A stretch of 64,000 nucleotides of DNA from an uncultured Acidobacteriota bacterium. GTDB taxonomy: Bacteria; Acidobacteriota; Thermoanaerobaculia; Thermoanaerobaculales; Sulfomarinibacteraceae. The stretch covers positions 14,157-78,156 of the forward strand of contig CAVQJV010000062.1 of NCBI GenBank assembly GCA_963712805.1, in the 5' to 3' direction. Both the position numbers and the translations under genes were made by a program. The notes under the pieces are model-generated. The model made no database searches. It was not told where the DNA came from and was given only the letters and a program-made list of their open reading frames with translations. Shown one piece after another: positions 1 through 10,871 of this stretch. Numbering within the stretch: the first letter of the stretch is position 1; each line of letters begins with the position of its first letter.

Positions 1-132
1 TCTGTTGACGCCGGGGCAAAGACATGATCCCGGAACTTGGACCCGTGGTAGCCGTTTCACCGGCAGGCAGGCTATCATATCTCAGGGCTCCGAGCAACGT
101 GAATTTTATGCCGGCTTCTGAATTTGCTAAAG

Positions 133-171
133 AAAAAGCCGGTCAGGCAAATCCCCTGCCGGCTTTTTTTT
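133..171. terminator. Bidirectional intrinsic terminator
   Basis: AAAAAGCCGG-TCAGG...CCTG-CCGGC-TTTTTTTT: GC stem flanked by an A-tract and a T-tract, downstream of the minus-strand gene ending at 299. Confidence 0.8.
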
Positions 172-298
172 AAAACTATAGATTCCGAACCTTCAAAGCC
201 GTATGGAATAGGGGCCTCTGTGCCGCTCTGTTTCTGTCATCTGAATCCGAATATTTCTATCCTACACCCTATACACTATGCACCATGCTCTTTGCCGC

Positions 299-1092
299 TT
301 ACCGTAAATATTCATGGATCGAATCGGAGGCCTTGAGACCCGCACCATCGACGGTGGCCGCACCGGTGGCGAGATATCACCTCCGGCCCAGACCCCTTTT
401 TTGTATGTCTTGCCTGTTTCCGGGTCCGCGTCGATATACCCCCATTTATTCGATTTTCAGATCCGGGGTCGACTCGGTCAACGGGGATTGGCGCCGGACC
501 CCACCGCCACGACACAGCAGTCTCGCATCCGTCAAACTCCGAGCCTTTGATGGGAACCGTAATATCAGGCTCACCCAGTTCCATCTTCAAACATTCCATA
601 CCGGTCAACCGTCCTTTTTTATTGCCGTAGATCAGTCAATTCGGAAAAATTCGATGCCCTACTTCTGGGCATCATAATTCCCGCAATTTCTGGCCGGCGT
701 TAAAGTGCCTGGAACGGCGGTACACGATGCGGACCTTATCCGCCACCCCAAACGCATGGGCGGTCCAGGGGCGGAATCCATCCGCCCTACCGGCTCCCAG
801 GCACGACGACATTTTTGGCCCGGGGAATCGGGGTGTCCACCTCAGGGTAAAGATAAGCCTTCATCAGATTGGCCCGGGTCAGATATTCGTTGGCGGAAAG
901 AATTCGGATAAGATTTTCGCCGGAATATTCAACCGCGGCGGAATCCGGCACCGACACCGATATGGACCGGCTCGTAACCTTCTTCGAAACCTCATCCAGG
1001 GTTACGGTTCTTCCCACCACACATGCACTCGACCGGTTACGCCCGACGTCAGACCCAGAAACCGTTTTTCCTGGGCGACGATGGCTTTGTCG
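299..1092 (-). CDS. 3' fragment of an NfnB/SudA-type (homotetrameric glutamate synthase GltA-like) flavoprotein; frameshifted, 5' part missing
   Basis: Pieces in shifting frames read VVGRTVTLDE, GENLI.ILSANEYLTRANLMKAYLYPEVDTPIPRAKNVVV, TGMECLKMELGEPD, PIKGSEF and a terminal ASDSIHEYLR*, all typical of this family. Confidence 0.8.
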
Positions 1093-2005
1093 AGACCGTG
1101 CATCCGCTGCATCACCACCCCGTCCGAAGGAGCGAAGAGCCCGTGAGGGTTCGGTGGATCGCGCCGGTGGCCTCGATCTCGGCAACGCGATCGGCAGATT
1201 CCAGTACTCGAGCCTGGTCCGCGCAGCTTCAACGAGTGCCTCGGCGCGGGGCACTGGTCGATGGTTGATGAAAACATTTGCGCATAACTGACCGCCAATC
1301 AACTCGCGCTGGGTCTGCACCAGTTCGGAGAGTGTAGACCTCGAAGAGTGGGTCGCCGCGGCGCACGGGCTGACCGACGTGGTTGACAAACACCTTCTCG
1401 ATGAAACCCGAGTACCGGGTGGTCACGGAAACCATTCGTTCTTCGTCATAGTCCAGGTTCCGACTGTTGAAATCCGTCACTTCAGATCTCGCCGTTCGCC
1501 TCAGCGAACCGGACATTCATCTTCTGCACCATGGAACGGTCGATGGTGACTTCCAGCCCGTCTTCGGCTGCCGACCGGCCGCCGTGCTTCACGTGGGCAT
1601 CGGCGCCTACCACCGGGACCAGATCCATCCGCAGATCGGACGCACCTCGGGTCTTGAGATCACGTTGTGCATGGGGCAGGTCCAGACCGTGGCGGCTCGG
1701 TGGCGGGCGCGGGTTGGTTCATGTCTGAGCGGAACCAGATCCATCTGACAGAATTCGGGCAGGTGCCCGGCTTCCTGGATCACGTTGGGGTGCATCCCGC
1801 AGGTCCAGAGCTGCACCTTGGCGTCGCTCGATGACGTGTGCATTGTGGTCACCAAAGGATCCGCGAAGCCGATCATCGACACCGTGAAGATCAAGCAGGT
1901 CACGGGAACAACATGAGTGCGACGCCCACAACAAGACGCCGATGGGGCCCGCGCCGAGTCGAGTGGACCCGGAAACCCTGGTCGGTGAAGCTGAGAGTTT
2001 CTCAT
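1093..2005 (-). CDS. CusB-like RND efflux periplasmic adaptor with two heavy-metal-binding repeats; frameshifted, truncated at 3' end
   Basis: WTCGMHPNVIQE...CQMDLVP and WTCPMH...PICG motifs, then LDYDEERMVSVTTRYSGFIEKVFVNHVGQPVRRGDPLFEVY and ELVQTQREL; GAAGGAG RBS before ATG 2005. Confidence 0.8.
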
Positions 2006-3312
2006 GACCGGTCTCCTTCGGTGGTGGTGACGGGTGCAGCGACGGCGGCCTCGAGATCGATGAATGCGATGGCGAGATCGGTCGCTCCGCGGCGGTCGAG
2101 TCGGACATCGAGGAGCAGCCTTTCGGCGTCGAGGAGCGCGAGGGCGTCGACCCCGGCCCGCCGCATATGCGGTACGGGCCGAGGGCGAGGGCCTGCTCGC
2201 TCTGGATCGGCAGGATGTCTTCAAGCAATGCGAGCCGGCGTTTTGCTCTTGGGATCCTCCCGAAGATCTTCGAGCTGACGTTGGATCCCGTTGATGGTGG
2301 AGCGCCGCGATCCCTCCTCGGCCAGCTGCATCTGGGTGGCGGGATCGATCTCGGCGTCGTTTCCGTCTTGCAAGACGGAATCGTGATTCCGCCGCTGATA
2401 CCGAGCACATCCTGACCGTCTCAGGGACATCGACGTCGGTTCGTCGGCTCAAGACATGTATAGGTGAGACCGACGCTGAAGTCCGGGGAACGGCCCTTGC
2501 CGGCGAGATCGATGAGCGCCCCGATCGCTCGATCCGCGCCATGTCGACGGTCAACTCGGGGCGTCGGCCAGGGCGAGATCGTGGAACCGGGCCCAGTCGA
2601 TCCGAAGGCGCCGCCACCGGTACCTCAAGGTCAACTCGCGCCCGGATCGGTCGCGCAAGTGGTTGATCTCGGCGACCACGCCGGCCCGCCGTTAATCGAA
2701 TTCGGTTTGTCGGTCGAGGCGGACATTTCTGCCTGAAGCTGGGAATTACATCCATCTGCAGACCCTCGCCGGAGGCGTATCGTGCCCGGGCGAGCTCTTC
2801 ATAGTGTTTCAAGGTCGTGTGATCGCGGGCGATGATACGCCGGGCCTCGTCGATGCCCCTCGCGACGTCGGCGCGCGCCTCGCTGATGAGTTGGAGACGG
2901 AGGACCTGGATCTCGGCAGACCTGGCGCTCGAAATCCGCGGCCTTTTCGGAGATGCCGCTTGCCGCCTCCGGAAGTTGGTTGAGGCGCGCCGCAAAACGC
3001 TGCGGTTCGACCCGGTTCCGGCGGCAACAAGAACGCCGTGACCTCAGCCGTCGGATCGGGGAGTTTTCGTACGGCGGTCGATCGGGAACCCGCCGCCGAC
3101 ATCCGGGCTTTTGCCGAGCTCGGCGATCCCGGGATTGCGTTCGAGGATCTCGGTCAGGAGATCCCGGACCCGGTTGTCCGACAGGTTGGCGATGATGAAA
3201 TCGGCCGGCCCCGGTTCGAATCTTGTTGATCTCGAGCGTCTCCAGCGCTGAGCGGCGTGATGGCCGACAACACGGAAAATATACCAATGATCCAGTTCGC
3301 ATATGCCTTCAT
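2002..3312 (-). CDS. TolC/CusC family outer-membrane efflux protein (frameshifted)
   Basis: Signal-like start MKAYANWIIGIFSVLS; fragments LPDPTAEV, HYEELARARYASGEGLQMDV, RRLALLEDILPIQSEQAL; directly upstream of the cusB-like gene. Confidence 0.7.
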
Positions 3313-3376
3313 GATCTGATATTCTGTTTCATGGGCGCAGATACGCCCAGCCGCAAATCGCCTCGGCGAATTGCGC

Positions 3377-3768
3377 TCAGATCAGAAAGCTGCAGTCGAG
3401 AAGAAGACCGGTGGGGGCGGATCATGCGAACAAGGCGATCGCGGCACGATCAGACTTCTGGAGGGTGCGGGCGAAGAAACGGTCTTTGGTCCTAGATCCA
3501 GCGACGTGTCATCGCCGGGCCCGGGTGAGGCGGTCGAAGCCACCACATCGAACGGTGTGGATGGGGGATGCCGGTCGTCGCATCCGGTTTGATGGTCGGC
3601 TTCGGTTCGAGATTCCGATTCGTCCGCGTTCGAACAGCAGGAAGAAGTCGGTTCGGGCGCCGGTTCGGCGCAGCATGCATGTTCAGCAGCGGCGGCCACC
3701 GCACACCCACCTGCGCCGGGAGGTGCACGGTGAAAAATGCCGATGAGAACAAGTGCAGATCTGCTCAT
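3377..3768 (-). CDS. Small Cys/His-rich protein preceding the metal-efflux genes
   Basis: ORF 3382..3768 with HACC, SSCC, CDDRH and a C-terminal PPPPVFFSTAAF tail, the style of small proteins found upstream of cus/czc-type operons. Confidence 0.5.
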
Positions 3769-3907
3769 CTATTCAATTCTATACCGATCAACTCGGGATG
3801 GTTACAAATATTCTCCCACCCTCGCGATGGTGGCCTTGCGGAGCTCCATGTGCTCTTTTCACTTCGTGTCCTTCGGGCCGCCAAAAAACTCAATTTCGGA
3901 GAGTGCA

Positions 3908-5123
3908 ATGGCGCAGATCAAGCCCTTCCGTGCGTGGCGGCCTCGGCCGGACCAATTTGGCGACGTCTCCGCCCGCCCTACGATGTCCTTTCCAGCGACG
4001 AGGCGCGTCAGATGGCTGCAGAAGCCGACCCGCTCGTTCCTGCACGTCGTCAAACCCGAGATCGATCTCGAGCCCGGCATCGACCTCTATTCCGACCGGT
4101 ATTGCCAAAGGGGGCGGAGAATCTGCAAAAGCTCAAAGACGATGGTGTGCTGATTCAGGAGGACCGTCCGGCGCTTATCTCTACCGACAAAGGATGGGCG
4201 ACCATGTTCAGACGGGGCCGGAGCCAGCGTCGACGAGTACGAAGCCGATCTGATCAAGAAACACGAGCACACTCGACCCAAGAGGACGATAGGGACTCGC
4301 CACGTCGAGGCCCTCAACTCGAACACCGGTCCGGTCTTCCTGATGTATCGTCCGCCCGAGATCGATGCTCTGGTCGAGAGGTTGACCGCCGGGGATCCGA
4401 CCTATGATTTCATCGCCCCCGACGGCATCCAGCATGTGCTCTGGGTCGCCGCCGATCCGGCCGATGTCGATGCGCTGGTCGCGGCCTTTGCCGATGTCCC
4501 CAAACTGTTACGTCGCTGATGGTCATCATCGTTCGGCAGCCGCGACCCGGGTGCGAGCGCTGCGCAACCACAGGAACCCCGACCACACCGGTGAGGAGGC
4601 ATACGACTACTTCCTCAGCGTGATCTTCCCGCACGACCAGATGTTGATCATGGATTACAACCGGGTGGTCAAGGACACCGTCGGTCTGGATCGGGACACC
4701 TTTCTGGCCAAGGTCAAGGAGGTCTTCGAAGTGGCCCCTTGTGCGGCGCGGAACCGATTCTCCCGGAGACCTTCGGGATGTACCTCGGGGGGCAGTGGTT
4801 TCGCCTTCAGGCCAAGAGCGGGAGCTTTCGGTCCGTTGAGAGTCTCGATGTCGCCATTCTGCAGAACAATCTGCTCGCGCCGGTCCTCGGCATCGGTGAT
4901 CCGCGGAGCGATGAGAATATCGATTTCGTCGGCGGGATCCGAGGACTCGAAGGACTCGAAAAAAGTAGACTCGGGTGAGTGGAGCTGGGCGTTCGCGCTC
5001 CATCCGACCGCCATCGAACAGCTTTTCAGCGTGGCGGATGCCGAAAACGGTGATGCCGCCGAAATCGACGTGGTTCGAGCGAAGCTCCGCTCCGGTTTGA
5101 TTGTGAGACCCTTGGACGACTGA
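3908..5123 (+). CDS. DUF1015 family protein (frameshifted)
   Basis: MAQIKPFRAWRP, PPYDVLSSDEAR, SFLHVVKPEIDL, YVADGHHRSAAA, IMDYNRVVKD and terminal KLRSGL motifs. Confidence 0.85.
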
Positions 5124-5165
5124 TCGACCGATCGCCGCCGACGGCTGGTCCATCGAGGAGGCAAA

Positions 5166-6037
5166 ATGAAAATTCTGATATCTGACGCTTTTGATCCGCC
5201 CCTGCCCGAGAAACTCACCGCGTTTGGTGAGGTCACCGAGGACAAGGACCAACTCGCCGAGATGGATGTCGTGCTGGTCGAAGACCAAGTGCGGGACTAT
5301 ATCGATCAAGCAACGAATCTGCGACTTATCATCAGAGGTGGAGTGGGTCTCGACAACATCGATGTCGAGTACGCGCGGTCAAAAGGCGTTCAAGTCTTCA
5401 ACACCGCCGAGGCGTCGGCGGTGGGCGCGGCCGAGCTCGCCTTCGCGCTCATGATTTCGGTCCCCACCCGTCTGGTCGAAGGCCACCTCGGCATGACCAG
5501 GAAAGAGTGGCTCAAAGGTTTCAAACGGACCAAGTCATGGGTAAGACCCCTCGGGCTCTTCGGCGCCGGAAACATCGGCACCGAACTCGCTCGCCGCCGC
5601 ATCGCCTTCGGGATGCGAGTGATCGCCTACGACCCCTTCCTCAAGAGCCACGAGGCGGTGGATCTGGTCAGCATGGAGGAACTCCTCACCGAGTCCGACT
5701 ACATGTCGCTTCACGTACCGCTCACCGACGAAACCCGAGGAATGATCGACACCGAGACCATCGGTCGGATGAAGGACGGTGTGGTGATCGTCAACACCTC
5801 TCGCGCTCTATGTCAACGAAGTCGATATGAAGGCCGCGCAAATACGGCGCGGTGCGCGCCTACGCCACGGATGTCTTCATGTCGGACCCGCCGCCGGACG
5901 ACTGTCCTCTCTACGACGCACCCCAAACATCATCATCGTCCCGCACCTGGGAGCATCATCAAAGAAACATGCTCCGTATCGGCGATGTCGTCGTACGGAT
6001 CCTCGAAGATTTCCTACCAACGACACTTTGAACTTGA
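5166..6037 (+). CDS. serA: D-3-phosphoglycerate dehydrogenase (short form, frameshifted)
   Basis: IIRGGVGLDNIDV, GLFGAGNIG NAD motif, SLHVPLTDETRGMI, IVNTSR, PHLGAS; lies between DUF1015 and serC. Confidence 0.8.
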
Positions 6038-6048
6038 CGGAGATAGCC

Positions 6049-7120
6049 ATGAATCGAACCTGGAACTTCTACGCCGGGCCCGCGAGACCCGCTCCCGCCA
6101 TCGAGCGCGCCGAAGCCGATCTCGATTGGGCACGGACATGGTCCATGGAGACCTCACACCGATCCAAGGAATACGATGTCGTTCCACTACGGCGCCATGA
6201 ACCTCATGAGCGAACTTCTGGGTCTCGATGAGGATCATCAGGTGCTTTTCACCAGTGGGGCCTCGACGCAATTCGCCATGCTGCCGATGAACTTCATCCC
6301 GCCGGGTGGCTCGGCCGACTACGTGGATACGGGCACATGGGTCCACCAAGGCGATCAAAGAAGCCAAGATCGTCGCCGACGGGCGGGTCGCGGCGACGAG
6401 TGAACCCGATGGATTCACCCGGATACCGAGACGGGGTGGGTCTGACCTCGACCCCTCGGCGGCCTATGCTCACATAGCCAGCAACAACACCATCAAGGGG
6501 ACCCAGTACCACGAGTTCCCCGATGTGGGGACACCTCCCGCTGCGTGGCGGACATGTCGTCCACTTCTTGTGGCGGCCTTTTGACGCCAATGCCTTTTCG
6601 CTCATCTACGCCGGCGCGCAACGTAACAGCCGCTGCGGGGTCACCATCGTGGTCGTCAAGAAATCGTGGATCGAGACCGCCAACAAGAATATCCGAGCCA
6701 GTGCTGAGGGTGCTCGACCCCACTCGTCGAAGGACTCGCTCTACAACACTCCGCCGACCTTTTCCGTTGCATGGTGCGCAACGTTCTCGAGTGGGTGAAG
6801 GATGCGGCAGTATGCGGGGCGATGGAGTTGGGAATCGCGGCAAGGGCGATCTTCTCTACAGCGTCATCACCGATCATCCGACTTCTACCGCTGCCCGGTC
6901 GAACCTGCAAGCCGGTCATACATGAATGTCGTGTGGCGTCTGCCGTCGGAGGAACTCGAGGCCAGAAGTTCGTCGCCGAAGCGACCGCTGCCCGGATGTG
7001 CGGTCTCAAGGGCCACCGCTCGGTCGGCGGCTGCCGGGCATCGATCTACAACGCCATGCCTCTCGAGGGCGTCGAATACCTCGCCGATTTCATGACGCGA
7101 TCGCTGCCGCGAATCGCTGA
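6049..7120 (+). CDS. serC: Phosphoserine aminotransferase (frameshifted)
   Basis: [80 protein letters not shown]. Confidence 0.9.
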
Positions 7121-7151
7121 CTCGGCGGCGCTTGCGCCGCCTGACCCGATC

Positions 7152-7185
7152 ACAACCCCCGACGTTTGTCGGGGGTCGTTGTTTC
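7152..7185 (+). terminator. Probable terminator hairpin after serC
   Basis: CCCCCGAC-GTTT-GTCGGGGG stem-loop followed by TCGTTGTTT. Confidence 0.6.
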
Positions 7186-7324
7186 AGGAACGGCGCGGCC
7201 GGAGCGGGGTCAGCGTCCGGTGCCGCGGCAGCGACAGAGACCGGGGCCACGCCCGCGACAGCGTCCGGGGCAGCGCCAGCGTCAGCAGCAGCGCTCCAAG
7301 GCGCGCGCAAGACCACCGCTCACC

Positions 7325-7408
7325 GGGGCGTCCGGGTTTGACATTGTGCTCCCCTGACCCATCCGGCAACGCATGGCCTTCCGCACAATGTCATACCGGG
7401 CAACCCCT
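7325..7408. repeat. REP-like inverted repeat pair
   Basis: TGACATTGTGC (7339-7349) and GCACAATGTCA (7383-7393) are perfect complements; pairing extends imperfectly to GGGG...CCCC ends. Confidence 0.7.
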
Positions 7409-7459
7409 CGCGGCACAACGCACCGGTGCATCTCTCCCGGCCGCGGGACAGGCCGCCGG

Positions 7460-7519
7460 CGCTCGATCAGCGTGGTCGCAGTTCTTCCCGTTCTGCTCTC
7501 CGACCACGCTGATCGAGCG
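7460..7519. repeat. 19-bp perfect inverted repeat (REPIN-like dyad)
   Basis: CGCTCGATCAGCGTGGTCG (7460-7478) and CGACCACGCTGATCGAGCG (7501-7519) with a 22-nt spacer. Confidence 0.85.
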
Positions 7520-7735
7520 ACGCTGGGACGCCACAGGCCGCCCAGAAGGCCGAGCTCCGGGAAGCCGTCAGCGCGGCGGCCGGGGCAGCATGATCACCTC
7601 CTGGTTTTCAATCACGCGTAGCCGCTGAGATGGCCGATGGCAAGGGCATGACGAATCGCCGCGAGGCAACCCTTGACATGGGATTTCATAGCAACTGGCC
7701 ACTCCTCCACCCGAAACCGTGATCTGCGATGGATT

Positions 7736-7762
7736 GTCGGGGCGGGCTTTTCAGCCTGCCCC
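7736..7762. repeat. Single REP-like palindrome
   Basis: GTC-GGGGCGGGCT-TTTC-AGCCTGCCCC, a GC-rich hairpin behind a GTNG-type 5' tetramer. Confidence 0.55.
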
Positions 7763-7954
7763 TTCAGACCCGTTTCAGCAGGTGGCGCGCTGCCACAAAG
7801 TCAGACATCGTTCAATCCACGTGCTGCGAACTTTCATTCGCGATGGCTTCGTGAAACCTTCGAGTCTTTGCGTCTTCGTGTTTGCGACGTGCGATGGCTA
7901 TCTGCGCCCTCGTTGAATTGCGATGGTGCGATGGCCTTATCCAGCCCCCAGCCT

Positions 7955-9018
7955 CTACTCCGGCGCTTCCTCATCCAACCGGCTGCCGAAGATCGTGTTC
8001 GGCCTCTGTTCGATGAGGCTCGCCGAGAGGGGTCGGGGCCGGAGGGTCGGGTCGATCCACGGGTGCGCCGACAGGCTCGGAAAGTACTCTCTGAGATATA
8101 GTCCCTGAGGGTCACGTTGGTGGGTCCTCGCCATAGCCATCGTGAGATAGAGATGGTATTCGAGGGCGTAACCCATATCGGCGGCGGTCTGGAAGCGATC
8201 GGCGGGATCGGGTTGGAGCGCACGGTCGATGATCGCTGCGAGATCGTCGGGGATATCGGGCCGGGTCTGGGCAATGGGTTTTGGGAACGACAGTCCCGAG
8301 CTTGTGGAGGCGTTGAAGCGACCATCGGCCGCGGTCGGGCAGCCCTCCGGTCAGCGGTTCGTGGGTGAGAACACCGAGGGCATAGACATCGGCGCGGGCG
8401 TCGGTGGGTTACGAGTGGCCTGTTCGGGAGGCATGTATTCCAGGCGTCCGACGAGAAGTTCCTCGTTTTGTTCCGTCACCTCGCGTGCTTTCGCGATCCC
8501 GAAGTCGGTGATCTTCACCACCCCTTCGTAATTCAAAAGGACATTTTTTGGTGAGATGTCCCGGTGAACGATGCCGAGAGGGACGCCGTTCCGGTCGGTT
8601 CGCTGGTGGGCGTAGTCAAGGCCCCCGGCAAACCCGGCTGGCGATAAAGGCCCCGAGATCGGGAGGAAGGGGAAGACCCCGGTCGAGGTGGGTTCGGACA
8701 AAGACCTCGAGATTGAGCCCGTCGACGTACTCCATGACGATGTAGTACTTTGCCATCGGCGAGAATCCCGAGGTCGTAGACCTGGACGATGTTCTCGTGA
8801 ACGAGATCAGCAACGAGCTTCGCTTCGCCGATAAAGAGGCGGACGACTCCGAGTGTTGGCGTAGGTTCTCGAGAATGGTCTTGATGGCGACGTTCTTTGA
8901 AGATCCACCGCGCCGAGCAGGACGGCCTCATAGACCGACCCCATGCCTCCATCTGCCGATATGGCGGAGAATCCGATAGCCGCGCTCGCGCCCCGATTTC
9001 TTCAGGTTTCATCGCCAT
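7955..9018 (-). CDS. Hanks-type Ser/Thr protein kinase, apparently soluble (frameshifted)
   Basis: EAKLVADLVHENIVQVYDLG, YYIVMEYVDG, IVHRDISPKNVLL, VKITDFGIAK, YMPPEQ; C-terminal MGYALEYHLY...RLDEEAPE*. Confidence 0.9.
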
Positions 9019-9076
9019 AGATTAACCTCACCCGTCGAGAACAGGGAAGGGCGAGGAAACCGGCGACAAGATCGGA

Positions 9077-10676
9077 TCAGTCGAAGAGTCCCATGAAGAT
9101 GGTCAGGAGATCGTCGACCCGGATTCGGAAGTCGCCGGTGACATCGCCGCCCGGCGCCGTGAGGTCGCCGCCGCCGGCGCCGACGACCGGTCACCGTCGC
9201 CATCGGTAAGCTCGGTGACGAGCGCCGATACATCCGCGGCGTCCGTGGTCCCGTCGAGCTTGCGTCTCCGTTCTCGTCCCCGCAGTTGTTCAGGACAACC
9301 GTCGTCAGGAGCGTGCCCCCAACAACCCGTACCGTCATTGATATTGACCCAATAGGCGCCCGCCGGGGGTTGCGACGGTCCTCGTGGTAGCGCCGGTGCT
9401 CCAGAACCACGCACTGCCCGGGGCTGCGGTGAGGTGAACCGGGCCGCCGTGGCGTGTTCCCGCCTGGAGTCGGTGAAGGCGGCCAACAACTGCCGACGGT
9501 CACGGGCACGGAAACGAGATCGCTGCCGCCTTCATTGGCAACGGTGAGCGAAACCGAATAGGTAGCCGGGACCTCCCATGCGTGGCTCGGGTTCGCAGCG
9601 TCGCTGTGCCCGCCGTCTCCGAAATCCCAGCTCCAACTGCAGTCTCCGTCACAACTGCCGTCAAATGCGAGGTTGGCCAACTGCCGGATCATGGGTGCTG
9701 TCGGCGTCAGGGTGAAGGACGCAACCGGAGGCGCCACCGGATCACCGACCTTGACCGTGTGGGTCCGCGAGAAGATTTCGTCGGCGGTTTCGACGGTCAC
9801 CGTCACGTCGTACCAACCTTCGGTTGGATAGGACGGGAATCCACTCGAGACACGAGCCCCACGGCAGCGGGCAGAGTTCGTGGACTACGACGGTCCCGTC
9901 CCCGAAATCCCAGGTCACCCGGATGAACTCACTCTCCTGCATCTGAGGCGACACCGATGCGATGAAGTGAACAAAATCGCCGGGATCGGGTTCCGTCGGA
10001 GCCCAGCTGAAGTCGACAGACAGAGGCACGATTTCGATGACCTCGAAGTCGGCCGTCGAAAGGCTGTTCTGACCCGACGAGGATCGGTCGAGGAGCAGCC
10101 CCGCGGTGTGCCATCCCGGTGAAAGCCAATTCCCCGGAATGGTGCAGGTCAGATCTCCGGGATTTGACGGTGGTGGCCCTCCATTGCACGAGCCGAGGGC
10201 CTGGCCGTCAACCCGCCACTCGACCGATGGAGTCACTCCGGAAGACCACTGCGAACCGAAACCATGGATCTGGAGATCTTCATCGGTGGCGACCTGATTG
10301 CTCGCCAAACCGATGGACGCAACCACGCTGGCGGCATGAACCGTGACGCAATCGTCGGATGACCATAGTCCTCCGAGCGGGGCGGTGTGCCGGTAGTGGG
10401 GTCTCCAGACCGACGCTCCAGAGTCCTGGGTCGTCCGGCGAGAAGGAGTGCACCGGGGTGGTCGAGGTGGGCCTGTTAGGGACCGGACCGCCCCGGGGGG
10501 GTGATGAACCACGAATAGGTGTTCGGGTGCCCCTCGCTGTCGAGTCCCGACACGCTGATGGAGTCGCCCGTGAGAACGGTCAGCGCTGGCGGCCCATCAC
10601 AGAAAACCTGTGCGCTGATGGTCCCGCCGGTGACGGTCAGTATCAGGGTCGTAAGCAGGGCAAGGTGGCTTCGCAA
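9077..10676 (-). CDS. Secreted PKD-domain protein with a C-terminal dockerin-like Ca-binding repeat (frameshifted)
   Basis: Signal peptide MRSHLALLTTLILTV; PKD motifs VTWDFGDG and WSWDFGDGGHS...PSHAW...TYSVSLTV; C-terminal GDENGD...DAADVSALV and GDVTGD...VDDLL. Confidence 0.7.
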
Positions 10677-10871
10677 GCGCGCAATTCTCCTTCATCTTGA
10701 TGATAGTCACGGCGCTGGTTGTGGCGGGTGACCGGGATCACGAGCCGGTTCGATAGTTCGCGAATCCAACAGAAGAGTGCCGTCGGCGTCTCGGCGGAAT
10801 TTACGGGCTGTGGGTGCCAGTCATCGGGACGTTGCCGTCGTAAACAAAAACCTCGACGTCGCGGTTCAGGG

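Noticed and set aside
1-121. 3' end of a plus-strand gene before the terminator
   Set aside because: Too short and error-prone to assign a frame or product
7568-7605. Strong SD (AGGAGGTGA) and ATG on the minus strand
   Set aside because: Opens only a 7-codon ORF that runs into the REP-like palindromes; may be a gene remnant but is unsupported
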